A stretch of 64,000 bases of DNA from an uncultured delta proteobacterium (GTDB taxonomy: Bacteria > Desulfobacterota > Binatia > UBA9968), in NCBI GenBank assembly GCA_963727625.1, contig CAVSHR010000003.1, positions 128,001 to 192,000 on the forward strand. The letters run 5' to 3'. Every line of letters begins with the position of its first letter. Within the stretch, counting starts at the first letter, position 1. The notes below the pieces were generated by a model. It saw only the letters and a list, made by a program, of their open reading frames with translations. It was not told the origin of the DNA and ran no database searches. Position numbers and translations under genes: made by a program. This document shows positions 21,315 to 31,955 of the stretch, piece by piece.

Positions 21315-24218
21315 ATGGATTACAAAGACACCCTCAATTTACCGAAGACGAAATTCCCGATGCGTGCGAATCTGCCGCAGAACGAACCTAAGCAGGTCGA
21401 AAAGTGGCAGAGCGAGCGGACTTATTTTCAAGTTCTTGAGGCCAATCGAGACAGGCCGAAGTTTATTCTGCATGACGGACCGCCCTACGCCAATGGCAAT
21501 ATTCACATCGGCCATGCGCTGAACAAAATTCTCAAGGACATAATCATCAAGTACAGGTCCATGACCGGCCGTGCGTCGCCCTACGTTCCAGGCTGGGATT
21601 GTCATGGCTTGCCCATCGAGCTGCAGGTCGAAAAGAACGTCGGTAGAGCGAAGAAACTGACCATGAGCAAGGCGGTGATTCGCCGCCTGTGCAAAGAGTA
21701 CGCGGAAAAATATATCGCGATTCAGCGCGAAGAGTTCAAACGGCTCGGAGTGTTGGGGGATTGGGAGCGGCCTTATCGCACCTTGGACCCGAGCTACGAG
21801 GCCCAGGAGGTGCGCGAGCTCGGCAAGTTCGTCGCCGCAGGAACGCTCTACCGGCAAAAGAAGCCGGTGTATTGGTGTGCCTCGTGTGTAACCGCTCTAG
21901 CGGAAGCGGAAGTCGAGTACGAAGACCACACCTCGCCGTCGATCTACGTAAAATTTCCGGTCACGGATCCCAAAGGCCTGTTTCCTATCGATCCCGTGAA
22001 AGGAACGTCTTTTTTAATCTGGACTACGACGCCATGGACGCTGCCGGCTAACCAGGCGATCGCCGTTCAACCGAAATTCATGTACCGGCATGTTAGTACG
22101 CCCAAAGGCGAGTTAATCCTGAATCAAGAACTGATCCCGACGGTAATGAAGGCTTTGGGATTTGAGCCGAAGGGTTTTGAAATTACCGAAGGCGCCTGGG
22201 CTGGCGCCGACCTTGAAGGCATCGTTTGTCGCCACCCCTGGATCGATCGCGATTCGAAAGTCATTCTCGGTGAGTTCGTTACGCAGGACCAAGGCACCGG
22301 CTGCGTCCATATCGCCCCCGGCCATGGCCAGGAGGACTATGAAGTCGGACTGCGCTATGGCCTCGAAGTCTTAGCTCCGGTGGATGCCGAGGGCAGGTTC
22401 ACGAGCGAGGCCGGCGATCTTCAGGGCGAGTCCGTGTTCAAGGCCGATCCGCGCATCATTCAGAAACTGACCGAGCGCGGCGCGCTGCTCAAAGAGGAAA
22501 AACTTGCGCATAGCTATCCGCACTGCTGGCGCTGCAAGCGCCCGGTGATCTTCCGCGCTACCGAGCAGTGGTTTATTTCCATGGAAAAAAAAGGGTTGCG
22601 CCAAGCCGCGCTCGACGCCATCGATCAGGTGCGCTGGATCCCGCCTTGGGGCAAAGACCGCATCCGCGGCATGCTCGAAAGCCGACCCGATTGGTGCATC
22701 TCGCGGCAGCGCTCCTGGGGCGTGCCGATTCCGGCGGTCTATTGCCGCAAATGTAACCGTGCGGTGTTAAGTCAGGAGCTTTGCGACCATGTCGCCGCGA
22801 TCTTTGAAAAAGAAGGATCGGATGCCTGGTTTACTCGCCCCGTCGAGGAATTGCTGCCGGAAGCTCTCACCTGCCCCGATTGCGGCGGCCGGGATTTTTC
22901 CCGCGAGGAAGATATCCTCGACGTCTGGTTCGATTCCGGCGTAAGCTACGCCGCGGTCGTCGAGCAGGATCCCCGATTGGGGGGGCGCGCCGATCTCTAT
23001 CTTGAAGGCAGCGATCAGCACCGCGGCTGGTTTCACACCGCCCTTCTCACCTCGCTGGCGACGCGCGGTCGCGCGCCCTATGACAGCGTGTTGACTCACG
23101 GGTTTACTCTCGACGGCAAAGGCCGAAAAATGTCAAAATCCGTCGGCAACACTGTGGCGCCGCAGGAAGTCATAAAAAAATCCGGCGCGGAAATCCTACG
23201 GCTGTGGGTGGCCGCCGAGGATTTTCGTGAGGACGTGCGCATCTCGGACGAAATTCTCAATCGCTTGGTCGAAGCCTATCGGAGGTTGCGCAACACTGCG
23301 CGCTTTCTGATCAGCAATTTGTATGATTTCGACCCGGAAAAAGACGCGGTTCAAGCGGTACAGCTGGACGAAATGGACCGCTGGATTCTCCAGCGCACGC
23401 AGAGCGTTCTTGGTCGCTGCCGCGAAGCCTACGAGAACTATGAGTTTCATGTGGTCTATCACACTCTCAACAATTTTTGCGCCGTCGACCTGAGCGCCCA
23501 GTATCTCGACATCGTCAAAGACCGGCTTTACTGTGAAGGGGCGAAATCAAAAACGAGGCGCGCCGCTCAAACTACGCTGCACCGGATTCTCGAGGTCCTG
23601 GTCCACTTAATGGCGCCGATTGTCTCGTTTACGGCCGAGGAGATATGGGGTTATATGCCCGACCATGCCCGTCGACCTGCGAGCGTGTTTCTTTCGTCGA
23701 TGCCGAAGCCGAATGCCCGTCTAGCCGATCAAAAACTAGTGGACAAATGGGATCGGATCTTCCGCGAGCGCAGCGAGGTGCTGAAGGCCCTGGAACAAGC
23801 GCGGACGGCGGGAATTATTGGGCATTCGCTCGACGCAAAGGTAGTTTTACACAATCAAAACGGCTCACAACAGTCGCCATTGTTGGGCATGGCCAGCTCT
23901 GACCTAAAAAAGTTGGAAGACCTGCTCATAGTCTCTCAAATAGAAGCTATGGCTGATGTGGCGCCTTTTCTCGATCAGTTGATGGTTGCCAAAGATGCCG
24001 GAAATCGAGGGACACTTTCCATCGTTGATTTGCCCGATGGACGGAAAGTTGTTTCTTTCGACGCGGAACTTTTGGATAGTTTTGTCTTTGTTCTTAAAGC
24101 GGACGGCGCTAAGTGCGAACGCTGCTGGAAATACGACACCCAAGTAGGCAACGACTCCAATCATCCGACGGTTTGCGCCCGCTGTGCGTCGGTGCTCAAT
24201 GCCGGAGCCGCGACTTGA
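21315..24218 (+). CDS. ileS: Isoleucine-tRNA ligase (type 1)
   Basis: HIGH, KMSKS, WTTTPWT, C-terminal CERC...CARC zinc finger. Confidence 0.98.
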   Translation: MDYKDTLNLPKTKFPMRANLPQNEPKQVEKWQSERTYFQVLEANRDRPKFILHDGPPYANGNIHIGHALNKILKDIIIKYRSMTGRASPYVPGWDCHGLPIELQVEKNVGRAKKLTMSKAVIRRLCKEYAEKYIAIQREEFKRLGVLGDWERPYRTLDPSYEAQEVRELGKFVAAGTLYRQKKPVYWCASCVTALAEAEVEYEDHTSPSIYVKFPVTDPKGLFPIDPVKGTSFLIWTTTPWTLPANQAIAVQPKFMYRHVSTPKGELILNQELIPTVMKALGFEPKGFEITEGAWAGADLEGIVCRHPWIDRDSKVILGEFVTQDQGTGCVHIAPGHGQEDYEVGLRYGLEVLAPVDAEGRFTSEAGDLQGESVFKADPRIIQKLTERGALLKEEKLAHSYPHCWRCKRPVIFRATEQWFISMEKKGLRQAALDAIDQVRWIPPWGKDRIRGMLESRPDWCISRQRSWGVPIPAVYCRKCNRAVLSQELCDHVAAIFEKEGSDAWFTRPVEELLPEALTCPDCGGRDFSREEDILDVWFDSGVSYAAVVEQDPRLGGRADLYLEGSDQHRGWFHTALLTSLATRGRAPYDSVLTHGFTLDGKGRKMSKSVGNTVAPQEVIKKSGAEILRLWVAAEDFREDVRISDEILNRLVEAYRRLRNTARFLISNLYDFDPEKDAVQAVQLDEMDRWILQRTQSVLGRCREAYENYEFHVVYHTLNNFCAVDLSAQYLDIVKDRLYCEGAKSKTRRAAQTTLHRILEVLVHLMAPIVSFTAEEIWGYMPDHARRPASVFLSSMPKPNARLADQKLVDKWDRIFRERSEVLKALEQARTAGIIGHSLDAKVVLHNQNGSQQSPLLGMASSDLKKLEDLLIVSQIEAMADVAPFLDQLMVAKDAGNRGTLSIVDLPDGRKVVSFDAELLDSFVFVLKADGAKCERCWKYDTQVGNDSNHPTVCARCASVLNAGAAT

Positions 24219-24712
24219 GCGCCAAATGGAAACTCGTTTCAGGCTGGCTCGCGATTATCATTATCCTCGATCAGCTGACAAAAATCATCGTCGATCGCTC
24301 CATGCCGCGGCACCAATCGATTGCGATCATCGACGGGCTGTTTAGTCTCACCTACGTGCGCAACACCGGCGCCGCTTTTGGCATCTTCGCCGGAAGCCAT
24401 GAAGCGTTTCGCCTGCCCTTTTTGATTGGCGTTTCGGTTTTAGCGATTGGCTTTATCCTGGTTATGCTAAAGCGCCTGCGCGACGACGCAATCGGACTTA
24501 TCACTGCGCTCGCGTTGATCCTCGGCGGCGCCGTGGGCAATCTCATCGATCGCATTATCTACGGCGAGGTCATCGATTTTCTCGATGTCTACTGGTCGGA
24601 TTACCACTGGCCCGCGTTCAATATCGCCGACAGCTGCATCACCGTCGGCGTGATCATCACGCTCTATGTCCTGATCACGGCGAAGGGCGAGGATCCATTC
24701 AAGGCGAATTAA
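24215..24712 (+). CDS. lspA: Lipoprotein signal peptidase II
   Basis: DQLTK, NTGAAFG, GNLIDR, VIDF, FNIAD; TTG start overlaps the ileS stop; conserved ileS-lspA order. Confidence 0.95.
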   Translation: MSAKWKLVSGWLAIIIILDQLTKIIVDRSMPRHQSIAIIDGLFSLTYVRNTGAAFGIFAGSHEAFRLPFLIGVSVLAIGFILVMLKRLRDDAIGLITALALILGGAVGNLIDRIIYGEVIDFLDVYWSDYHWPAFNIADSCITVGVIITLYVLITAKGEDPFKAN

Positions 24713-25008
24713 TCCGTATTTTTTAGCGCGACGAGGGTAGCGCCCCAACCGCCGGTTTCCCCGGGAGCGTCCCGGAAAGATAAAACCGCCGGATGTTTGC
24801 TCAGCAGAGAGCGGATGATATTGCGCTGCACACCGACGCCTTTGCCGTGAATCAAGCGCACTTCGAACAACCCGGCTTGGCGGCACTGCGCTAAATACTC
24901 TTCGACGACACTGGCGATCTCCTTGGGCTGAAAATGGTGCAAGTCGATGCTGTCAGATATCGGCAGAAGGATTGGATCGTCCACCGATGAAACATCGTCT
25001 TTTTTCAT
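24709..25008 (-). CDS. Smr/MutS2 C-terminal domain protein
   Basis: IDLH, IHGKGVG, GGWGAT. Confidence 0.9.
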   Translation of the reverse strand: MKKDDVSSVDDPILLPISDSIDLHHFQPKEIASVVEEYLAQCRQAGLFEVRLIHGKGVGVQRNIIRSLLSKHPAVLSFRDAPGETGGWGATLVALKNTD

Positions 25009-25100
25009 CTTGCGGTCATTTTAAAATCAGCCGTCGCCGGCCGTTATTGTCACGCAAAAACCGCGATCCATCATAATATAAATGGCGAAGACGGTTTCGT

Positions 25101-26279
25101 CTAGAATTCCGCGCTCTCCAAATATCCCTTGATCCGAGATAGAAAACGCGCCGCGATGGCGCCGTCGACGACTCGATGGTCGGCGGAAAGTGTCGCGGTC
25201 ATCAACGATTTGATGGCAAACATTCTGTCTTCGGCGACTACGCGTGGCGCTACCCGTCCAACGGCGAGGATCGCGCACTGCGGCGGGTTGATGATCGCGA
25301 CGAAGCTATCGACGCCGAACATACCGAGATTCGAAACGGTGAAAGTTCCGCCCTCGTAGCCGAGCGGCAAGAGTTTCTTGGTTTGGACCTTCTCGACCAA
25401 CTGCCGGCTCTGGGTTGCCAGTTCCGCCAAGCTCAGGCGATCGGCATTGCGAATTACCGGCACGACCAATCCCTCGTCAAGGGCGATGGCCATGCCGATA
25501 TTGATCTCCGCGAAGAGTTTGACACCGCGCTCTGCGTATCTAGAATTGATCGACGGGAAATCCTTCAGCGCGCGCGCGCAGGCCAGCAGGATAAAATCAT
25601 TGATCGACGGGACGGACTCATCAACGCGATCTCTCCCGTCGTTTCTGAATTTGCTCACGGCGCTCATATCGATGTCCGTGCTCAAGTAAAAATGCGGCGC
25701 GGTTTGTTTGCTTTGGGTCATGCGCGCGCCGACGATGCGGCGCGTCGGGCTGAAAGCGACAAAATCCGCCGCTCCATCATCGGCCTGCGGCCCGGCGCCG
25801 CTCGCTTGCAATACATCGGCGGCAAGTACGCTTCCCTGAGGCCCGCTACCCCGCAGAGTAGCCAACGCGATGCCCTTTTCTCGCGCGAGTCGTTTTGCCG
25901 CGGGCGACGCGAGGACGCGCCCGAGGCTTGGCGCGAGCGCGTCCTTTGCTGGAGTCGCCTTGGTTACGGGAGCCGGTGCAACAGACTTTATTGCCGCGGG
26001 TACCGCTGCGGCCAATTTTGTTTTTTCGGCCGACGATTCGCCGGGCGCCAGAATCAGTGCGATTCCCTGCCCTACGGGAACTTCATCGCCGGCCTTGGCG
26101 CACACTTGAGACAACACGCCGGAAGCCGGCGCTTCGATCTCCACCGTTGCTTTATCGGTTTCGATCTCCATAAGCGGTTCGCCTTTGGAGACCGCCTGGC
26201 CTTCGGTTTTTAGCCACTTGAGTAAAGTACCGGTTTGTTGCGCCACGCCGAGGGCGGGCATGATCACGTTGGTTGACAT
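25101..26279 (-). CDS. Dihydrolipoamide acyltransferase (E2) of a 2-oxoacid/acetoin dehydrogenase complex
   Basis: Lipoyl motif ETDKA, subunit-binding ASPAAKRLA, catalytic DHRVVDG. Confidence 0.92.
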   Translation of the reverse strand: MSTNVIMPALGVAQQTGTLLKWLKTEGQAVSKGEPLMEIETDKATVEIEAPASGVLSQVCAKAGDEVPVGQGIALILAPGESSAEKTKLAAAVPAAIKSVAPAPVTKATPAKDALAPSLGRVLASPAAKRLAREKGIALATLRGSGPQGSVLAADVLQASGAGPQADDGAADFVAFSPTRRIVGARMTQSKQTAPHFYLSTDIDMSAVSKFRNDGRDRVDESVPSINDFILLACARALKDFPSINSRYAERGVKLFAEINIGMAIALDEGLVVPVIRNADRLSLAELATQSRQLVEKVQTKKLLPLGYEGGTFTVSNLGMFGVDSFVAIINPPQCAILAVGRVAPRVVAEDRMFAIKSLMTATLSADHRVVDGAIAARFLSRIKGYLESAEF

Positions 26280-26645
26280 TGGATTAAGTACTCCAAAACT
26301 GTTCTGTTCACAAGATAATTTGACCGGCTGCGATGACGCTTCGGCAAGGTAACCAAGCCAGGTTTAGCTCGCGCCGCTCGCAACATTGCGGGGTGCAACT
26401 CTGGCAAGCGAGCAGCTGTTAGAGATGATGATCCGTAGGGCAACCTTAGGCGGTGTTTCCGCCACGCGCGGGGATTTTTATCTACGCTTGCGGGCGGCAA
26501 TTTTTCAATTTTGCCGAAACTTAAACATGAGACAGAATTGTGCTCCAACCGCGCCATCCCGCGACAACCGGGTGGGGTGGATTATGCGAAGCGGCCGCGA
26601 TCGAAGAAGTCCACCGTAAACCTGCGCATGGGGGAATAACAATAC

Positions 26646-29111
26646 CTAAAGCTCATGACGATGATCCAGCTCGGCCGTACCGTCCATTGGGAGCTGATTT
26701 AAAATTTCGACCAAAATTTCATACTTGGCCGGTTTGGTGAGATGGGTGTCGAAGCCGGCCTCCTTAGTGCGCTGACGATCCAGCTGCTGTCCCCAACCGG
26801 ATAGAGCGATCAGGAAAATGCCTTTGCCCCCCGGTAGTTGGCGGATCATACGCGCGGCGTCGTAACCATCGAGCTTCGGCATGGCGATATCGAGCACCGC
26901 TACATCGGGGCGAAATTGAGCCGCGGTCTCGACGGCTTCAATGCCGTCCTGAGCGATATGAACTTCATTGCCATCTTGGCGCAACAGACGCGCGAGGATG
27001 GCTGCGGATTGCGGGAAGTCGTCGGCCACCAAGATCCGCCGGCCGCGTTTTGCGGCGATCGGGCAAATCTCCTCTTTGGCACTTAAGCGGTCGGCCAGCG
27101 AAGCCACCGGCGACGCGGGCAAATAAACGATAAATTCGCTGCCACGGTTCAAGCCGTCGCTGTGAACTTCGACCTTGCCGCCGTGGATTTCGACCAGGCG
27201 GTGGACGAGCGTGAGACCGAGCCCAAGCCCGCCCTCGGCGCGGGTATACGAGCGGTCGACCTGGTAGAACAAATCAAACAAGTGCGGCAAATTTTCCGCG
27301 GCGATGCCGATGCCGGTGTCTTTGACGCGCACGACTACCGCGTCGCCCGCCTGCTCGACGTTTAGCCAAATATGGCCCGGGCTGGGCGTGTACTTGGCGG
27401 CATTATTCAACAGATTCATAAAGACCTGGGTCAGTCTAACGCGATCGGCTTCGACACCAATCGAATCTTGCGACATACTTACGGTCAAGTCATGCTGGCG
27501 TTGTTCGATCACCGGCCGGCTTGATTCCACCGCGGCGCGGATGACGTCGGCAAGATTCACCGGCTCTTTTTGCAACGCCAGCTTGTCGCGCGTGATGCGG
27601 CTAACATCGAACAGGTCATCGGTCAGCCGCGTAAGGTAGTTGACCTGGCGCTCGATGATATCTTGCCCCCAACTTGAATCCGTTGCCGGCTTGGCGGGGG
27701 ACTTTTGCAGCGTTGTCACGTTGCGAATCAGCGACAATGGATTACGCAATTCATGGGCCAGGGTTGCCAGAAACTCGTCTTTGCGCTGGTCGGCATCGCG
27801 CAAGGCGGCATCGCTTTCACGCAGCACATTGTCCAGGCGCAATCTTTCCACCGCTAACCAGGTGCGCTCGGCGACGATGTTGACCAAGGTGATTTCGCGC
27901 TCGGTCCATTCGTGCGCGTCACTGTCGGTGACGACAAGTGCCGAGAGTAATTTTCCATCGCGCAGCAAGGGCGTGACCACTAGGGCGCGAACACTGGTTT
28001 CTCGGTGGGGGCCAAATAATCGGGCGGTGCGCTCATCGTTTCCTACATCGGCAATGGCAATAATTTGGCCGGCTTTTGCCGCTATGATCAGAGAAGAGCT
28101 GAGCGCGCTGAAAGGGTATTCGCCGACCAAAGAGGGCGCATGGGGGTGGTAATCGCGTTGCACGGTGAGCCGTTCATGTTCGACGTCGACCTCGATAAAG
28201 CTGCAACGGCTCGACTTCAAATACTCGCCGAGGGCGACTGCGACGGCCCAGAGTAACTCGTCGGCATCGGCCGCGAAGCGAATGCCTTCGCCGAGATCAA
28301 GCAGAAAAAGCGTGTCGGCTTCGGCTTGCTTGCGCCGCGTGATATCCCTCACCGCCACGTTCACGCCGAGCAACTGGCCGGTTTCGGTGTGCACCGGATA
28401 ATAGCTGTATGTGTAGACGCGCCGCTCGCGGGAATGCTCCGGATGGCTGGTTTGAACTTCTTCGTCGATCACCGGTTGACCACTGTCGATCACGCGCCGG
28501 TAATGGGGCTCGATGCTGTCCGCGATTTGCGGCACCGCTTCCCGAACGGTCTTACCGACAAAAGATTCGGGCGAACTGCCGTTCATCTGCGCCAACGCGT
28601 TGTTAATCGAAACGTAGCGCAGGTTACGATCCACGAAACACAGACCGACGGGCGCCGAAGCGTAGATCGTCTTTAAGTGAGCCAACCGCTCATTGGCGAC
28701 TCGTTCGTTTTCGCGCATCACTTCTTGAGCGTGACGATGGCGCAGACTAAGGACGGTCACCGTCCAAATCATCAGCAGGGCTAGACCGTGGTCGAAAAGG
28801 TACACCCAATCCGGCGTGTTCGGCAGGGACGGCGACAAAACATAATTGATGATCATAAGTACGGTCGTCGTCGACGCCGCGACAATCTTTTCGTGAGGCC
28901 TGGGCAAAGCAACCACCAGAAGCAGGCCGGCGACATAACCGACCGGCATGGCGAGGCCCGCTGGTGTCCATAGATTCGCGGTAAAGATGGCGACCAACAG
29001 CAAAAGCACGAATAACCAAAGCAGCCCGCGAAAGACTTCGGATGTCGCTCTTTCCGGCTTGAAGGCAGGGGGAGAATGGGTGGTCGATGAAGATTGTGAA
29101 AGCGCGCTCAC
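26646..29111 (-). CDS. Hybrid sensor histidine kinase (TM-PAS-GAF-HisKA-HATPase-REC)
   Basis: LAHELRNPL, NLLNNAAKYT, DTGIG, GLGLGL, receiver DIAMP; start uncertain (29111-29171). Confidence 0.9.
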   Translation of the reverse strand: MSALSQSSSTTHSPPAFKPERATSEVFRGLLWLFVLLLLVAIFTANLWTPAGLAMPVGYVAGLLLVVALPRPHEKIVAASTTTVLMIINYVLSPSLPNTPDWVYLFDHGLALLMIWTVTVLSLRHRHAQEVMRENERVANERLAHLKTIYASAPVGLCFVDRNLRYVSINNALAQMNGSSPESFVGKTVREAVPQIADSIEPHYRRVIDSGQPVIDEEVQTSHPEHSRERRVYTYSYYPVHTETGQLLGVNVAVRDITRRKQAEADTLFLLDLGEGIRFAADADELLWAVAVALGEYLKSSRCSFIEVDVEHERLTVQRDYHPHAPSLVGEYPFSALSSSLIIAAKAGQIIAIADVGNDERTARLFGPHRETSVRALVVTPLLRDGKLLSALVVTDSDAHEWTEREITLVNIVAERTWLAVERLRLDNVLRESDAALRDADQRKDEFLATLAHELRNPLSLIRNVTTLQKSPAKPATDSSWGQDIIERQVNYLTRLTDDLFDVSRITRDKLALQKEPVNLADVIRAAVESSRPVIEQRQHDLTVSMSQDSIGVEADRVRLTQVFMNLLNNAAKYTPSPGHIWLNVEQAGDAVVVRVKDTGIGIAAENLPHLFDLFYQVDRSYTRAEGGLGLGLTLVHRLVEIHGGKVEVHSDGLNRGSEFIVYLPASPVASLADRLSAKEEICPIAAKRGRRILVADDFPQSAAILARLLRQDGNEVHIAQDGIEAVETAAQFRPDVAVLDIAMPKLDGYDAARMIRQLPGGKGIFLIALSGWGQQLDRQRTKEAGFDTHLTKPAKYEILVEILNQLPMDGTAELDHRHEL

Positions 29112-29421
29112 GTTGCCCTTTCGATTGCGACCGTCTAATGAGGCCAAGGACCTAAAGCTCAAGTGTATCAAACCGGCTGAGCGCCGTACAAGGATTCATT
29201 TGCCCAATGAGCGCCAAATCTTTGCCCGCTCCGACACGCAACCGCAAGCTTAGGACAGATCAAAGGCTTGCCGCCGCGGTGCTTTTGCAAGCGGTCAACT
29301 TTGCAACCGTTTTTGGGGACATTTACGCCCTTTCGCGCGGTCGTTTTTGCTTTAGCGACTGCTTGACAACCCGGGCGGCGCGGTTGATAGATGGCAACAG
29401 CATAACCAAAGGGAGTCGTGC

Positions 29422-31020
29422 ATGGCGAGCAAGAGCAAGTACTATAGAGATTTTCGCGAGCATCTAAAGGCCCTCGAAGAACGCGGCCAATTGCTGCGAA
29501 TAAAACGGGAGATCAACAAAGATACCGAACTGATGCCGCTGGTGCGCTGGCAGTTTCGCGGCTTGGATGAGCGTGAGCGCAAGGCGTTCATGTTCGAAAA
29601 TGTGGTCGACTCCAAGGGACGACGCTACGCTATGCCGGTGACGGTGGGAACCCTGGCGGCGACCACGGAAATCTACGCCATCGGCATGATGTGCCGGCCC
29701 GAGGAGATCCACGAGCGTTGGACGCGGGCGCAAATGAATCCCATCGAGCCGGTTAAAGTGACCAGCGCGGCGGCCCAAGAAGTGGTGTGGCAAGGACAGG
29801 AATTGCTCGACGGCCACGGCCTGGACATGATTCCGGTGCCGATTTCGACGCCGGGCTTCGACAACGCGCCCTATCTCACTTCGGCCAACTGGATCACCAA
29901 AGATCTCGAAACCGGAATTTATAACATCGGCAACTACCGCAGCCAGATCAAATCCGCCAACCGCACGGGCGGATTGTTCACGTCGCAGCATATGGGGCAG
30001 CATTGGCGCAAGTGCAAAGCCAAGGGCAAGCGGCTGGAAGCCTGCATCGCCATCGGTGTGGTGCCGAGCATCGCCTATTCGGCGACCGCGAAGATTCCCT
30101 ACGACTTCGACGAATATCGGCTCGCCGGCGGTCTGGCCGGGGCGCCGGTGGAAGTGGTTCAGGCGAAGACCGTCGACCTCCTGGTACCGGCGACGGCGGA
30201 AATCATAATCGAAGGAACCATTCCCACCGATGTCGTCGAACCGGAAGGACCATTCGGCGAATATCCCGGTTACATGGGCCACCGCACGGTTTCACCGTTC
30301 CTTGAAGTCACCTGCGTCACGCACCGCCGCGACGCGATCTACACGGCGTTAATGAGTCAATTCCCGCCCAGCGAGTCGAGTAAGATCAAACATACCGGCA
30401 CGGAAAAAATCATCTACAAATTTCTCCGCCACGACAGCGGCAATGCGGCGGTGGTCGACGTGGCGTTGCACGACGAGGTGAGCGGCAGCGGCCAGGCGTA
30501 TTGCGTAATCAAGATGCGTAACGCCACCAAGGCCGATGCCTGGCGCGCCTTGAATGCGTCAGCCGGCTTTACCGGCAGCTATGCCAAGGTCTGCGTCGCG
30601 GTGGATGAAGACATCGACATTCAAGACCCGGCGATGATCAATTGGGCGATCTGTTACAACATGAGACCGGACGAAGACGTGGCGATCGCCAAGGGAAAGC
30701 CGCCCGGTCTCGACCCGTCGACATATCCACCCGGAATGGAGACCGAGGAAAAACGGCCGGGTTCGACCTCCGCGCTGCTGCTCAATGCCGTGCGTCCATG
30801 GCCTTATACGCCGGTATCGTTGCCGAAGAAAGAGTTCATGGAAGGTTCTAAGCAAATCTGGGAGGAGCTTGAGTTGCCGCCGCTCAAGCCGCGCATGCCT
30901 TGGTATGGTTACAGTCTCGGCGCTTGGACCGCACAGGACGAGGAGGAAGCCGACTTGGCCGTGAAGGGGGATTATTTCGCCACGGGAACCAAGCAGGTCG
31001 GGCAACGAAAGAAAACCTGA
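29422..31020 (+). CDS. UbiD-family (prFMN-dependent) decarboxylase
   Basis: DFREHL, NIGNYR, EGPFGEYPGY, VDEDID. Confidence 0.9.
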   Translation: MASKSKYYRDFREHLKALEERGQLLRIKREINKDTELMPLVRWQFRGLDERERKAFMFENVVDSKGRRYAMPVTVGTLAATTEIYAIGMMCRPEEIHERWTRAQMNPIEPVKVTSAAAQEVVWQGQELLDGHGLDMIPVPISTPGFDNAPYLTSANWITKDLETGIYNIGNYRSQIKSANRTGGLFTSQHMGQHWRKCKAKGKRLEACIAIGVVPSIAYSATAKIPYDFDEYRLAGGLAGAPVEVVQAKTVDLLVPATAEIIIEGTIPTDVVEPEGPFGEYPGYMGHRTVSPFLEVTCVTHRRDAIYTALMSQFPPSESSKIKHTGTEKIIYKFLRHDSGNAAVVDVALHDEVSGSGQAYCVIKMRNATKADAWRALNASAGFTGSYAKVCVAVDEDIDIQDPAMINWAICYNMRPDEDVAIAKGKPPGLDPSTYPPGMETEEKRPGSTSALLLNAVRPWPYTPVSLPKKEFMEGSKQIWEELELPPLKPRMPWYGYSLGAWTAQDEEEADLAVKGDYFATGTKQVGQRKKT

Positions 31021-31197
31021 CCGAGACCGAGCCTCAAGAGCGGAGTATCAGCTTCTCGTTATTAGGCTCGGCAGTCCGATTCATCGACGAGCACCGGGAA
31101 TCGACCACCTCACCCGCATCAAATAACTTGCTTAAAGCCGCGCGGCGATGAACGAGTTGCTTGTCTTGATGAAACCGCACAGCTTAGCAAACCCAGT

Positions 31198-31947
31198 ATG
31201 CCGTTCGATGCCACTTACTTGATTGTCGGCCTCAGTCTGCTGTTGGCCGCCTTTGTCAAAGGCGCTACGGGCCTGGGCTTCCCCCTGATCGCGACGCCGA
31301 TGATCGCGCTGCTCTTAGACATCCGCACCGCCGTGACGGTGCTGATTTTACCCAATCTGTTCATGGACTCGGCTCAGGTGGTGCGCGACGGCCTGCCCTA
31401 TGAAATCTTTCGGCGCTTTAAAGCGCTAATCGTCCCCACGATCATCGGCGTGTTTCTCGGCACCCTGGTCTTGGTCAAGCTGCCCTTGTGGATCCTCAAT
31501 GCCTGCCTCGGTGTGATGGTGCTGGTCTTCGTGATTTCCAGCGTGCTCAAGTTCGAGTTTACGGTTTCACCGCGCAGCGAAAAAGTGCTTTCGCCGATCT
31601 GCGGTTTTGTCAGCGGCTTTTTAAACGGTATGACCAACGCGGCAGGGCCGACCCTGGCGATCTATCTCTACAGTCTCAAACTCGAGAAGCGCAACTTCGT
31701 CAAATCGATCGCGACTATTTTCGTCACCACGAAACTGAGCCAGCTGGTGGCGATCTCAACCTGGAATCTGTTCAGCTGGTACACGATCAAACTCTCGTTG
31801 CTGGTGCTCTTGTTTGCCTTGGCGGGATTTTATGCCGGCATCAAAGCCCAAGATCGCGTCAACCAACAGACCTTTAACCGCGGGCTGATGACGCTCTTAT
31901 CTTTGGTCGGAGCCACTTTGATCGCGCGGGCGTTCACGCAGGCGTGA
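31198..31947 (+). CDS. Sulfite exporter TauE/SafE family protein
   Basis: About 250 aa with about 8 hydrophobic segments; KGATGLGFPLIATP; repeated Gly-rich halves. Confidence 0.85.
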   Translation: MPFDATYLIVGLSLLLAAFVKGATGLGFPLIATPMIALLLDIRTAVTVLILPNLFMDSAQVVRDGLPYEIFRRFKALIVPTIIGVFLGTLVLVKLPLWILNACLGVMVLVFVISSVLKFEFTVSPRSEKVLSPICGFVSGFLNGMTNAAGPTLAIYLYSLKLEKRNFVKSIATIFVTTKLSQLVAISTWNLFSWYTIKLSLLVLLFALAGFYAGIKAQDRVNQQTFNRGLMTLLSLVGATLIARAFTQA

Positions 31948-31955
31948 AATTTCAC

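Noticed and set aside
25176-26213. Long antisense ORFs (also 15573-16457, 13918-14775, 29464-30282, 589-1317, 59888-60592)
   Set aside because: They are shadows of well-supported genes on the opposite strand in GC-rich DNA and carry no motifs.
26280-26645. E1-beta remnant or structured RNA upstream of the E2 gene
   Set aside because: The listed translations show no dehydrogenase motifs and the stems are weak.
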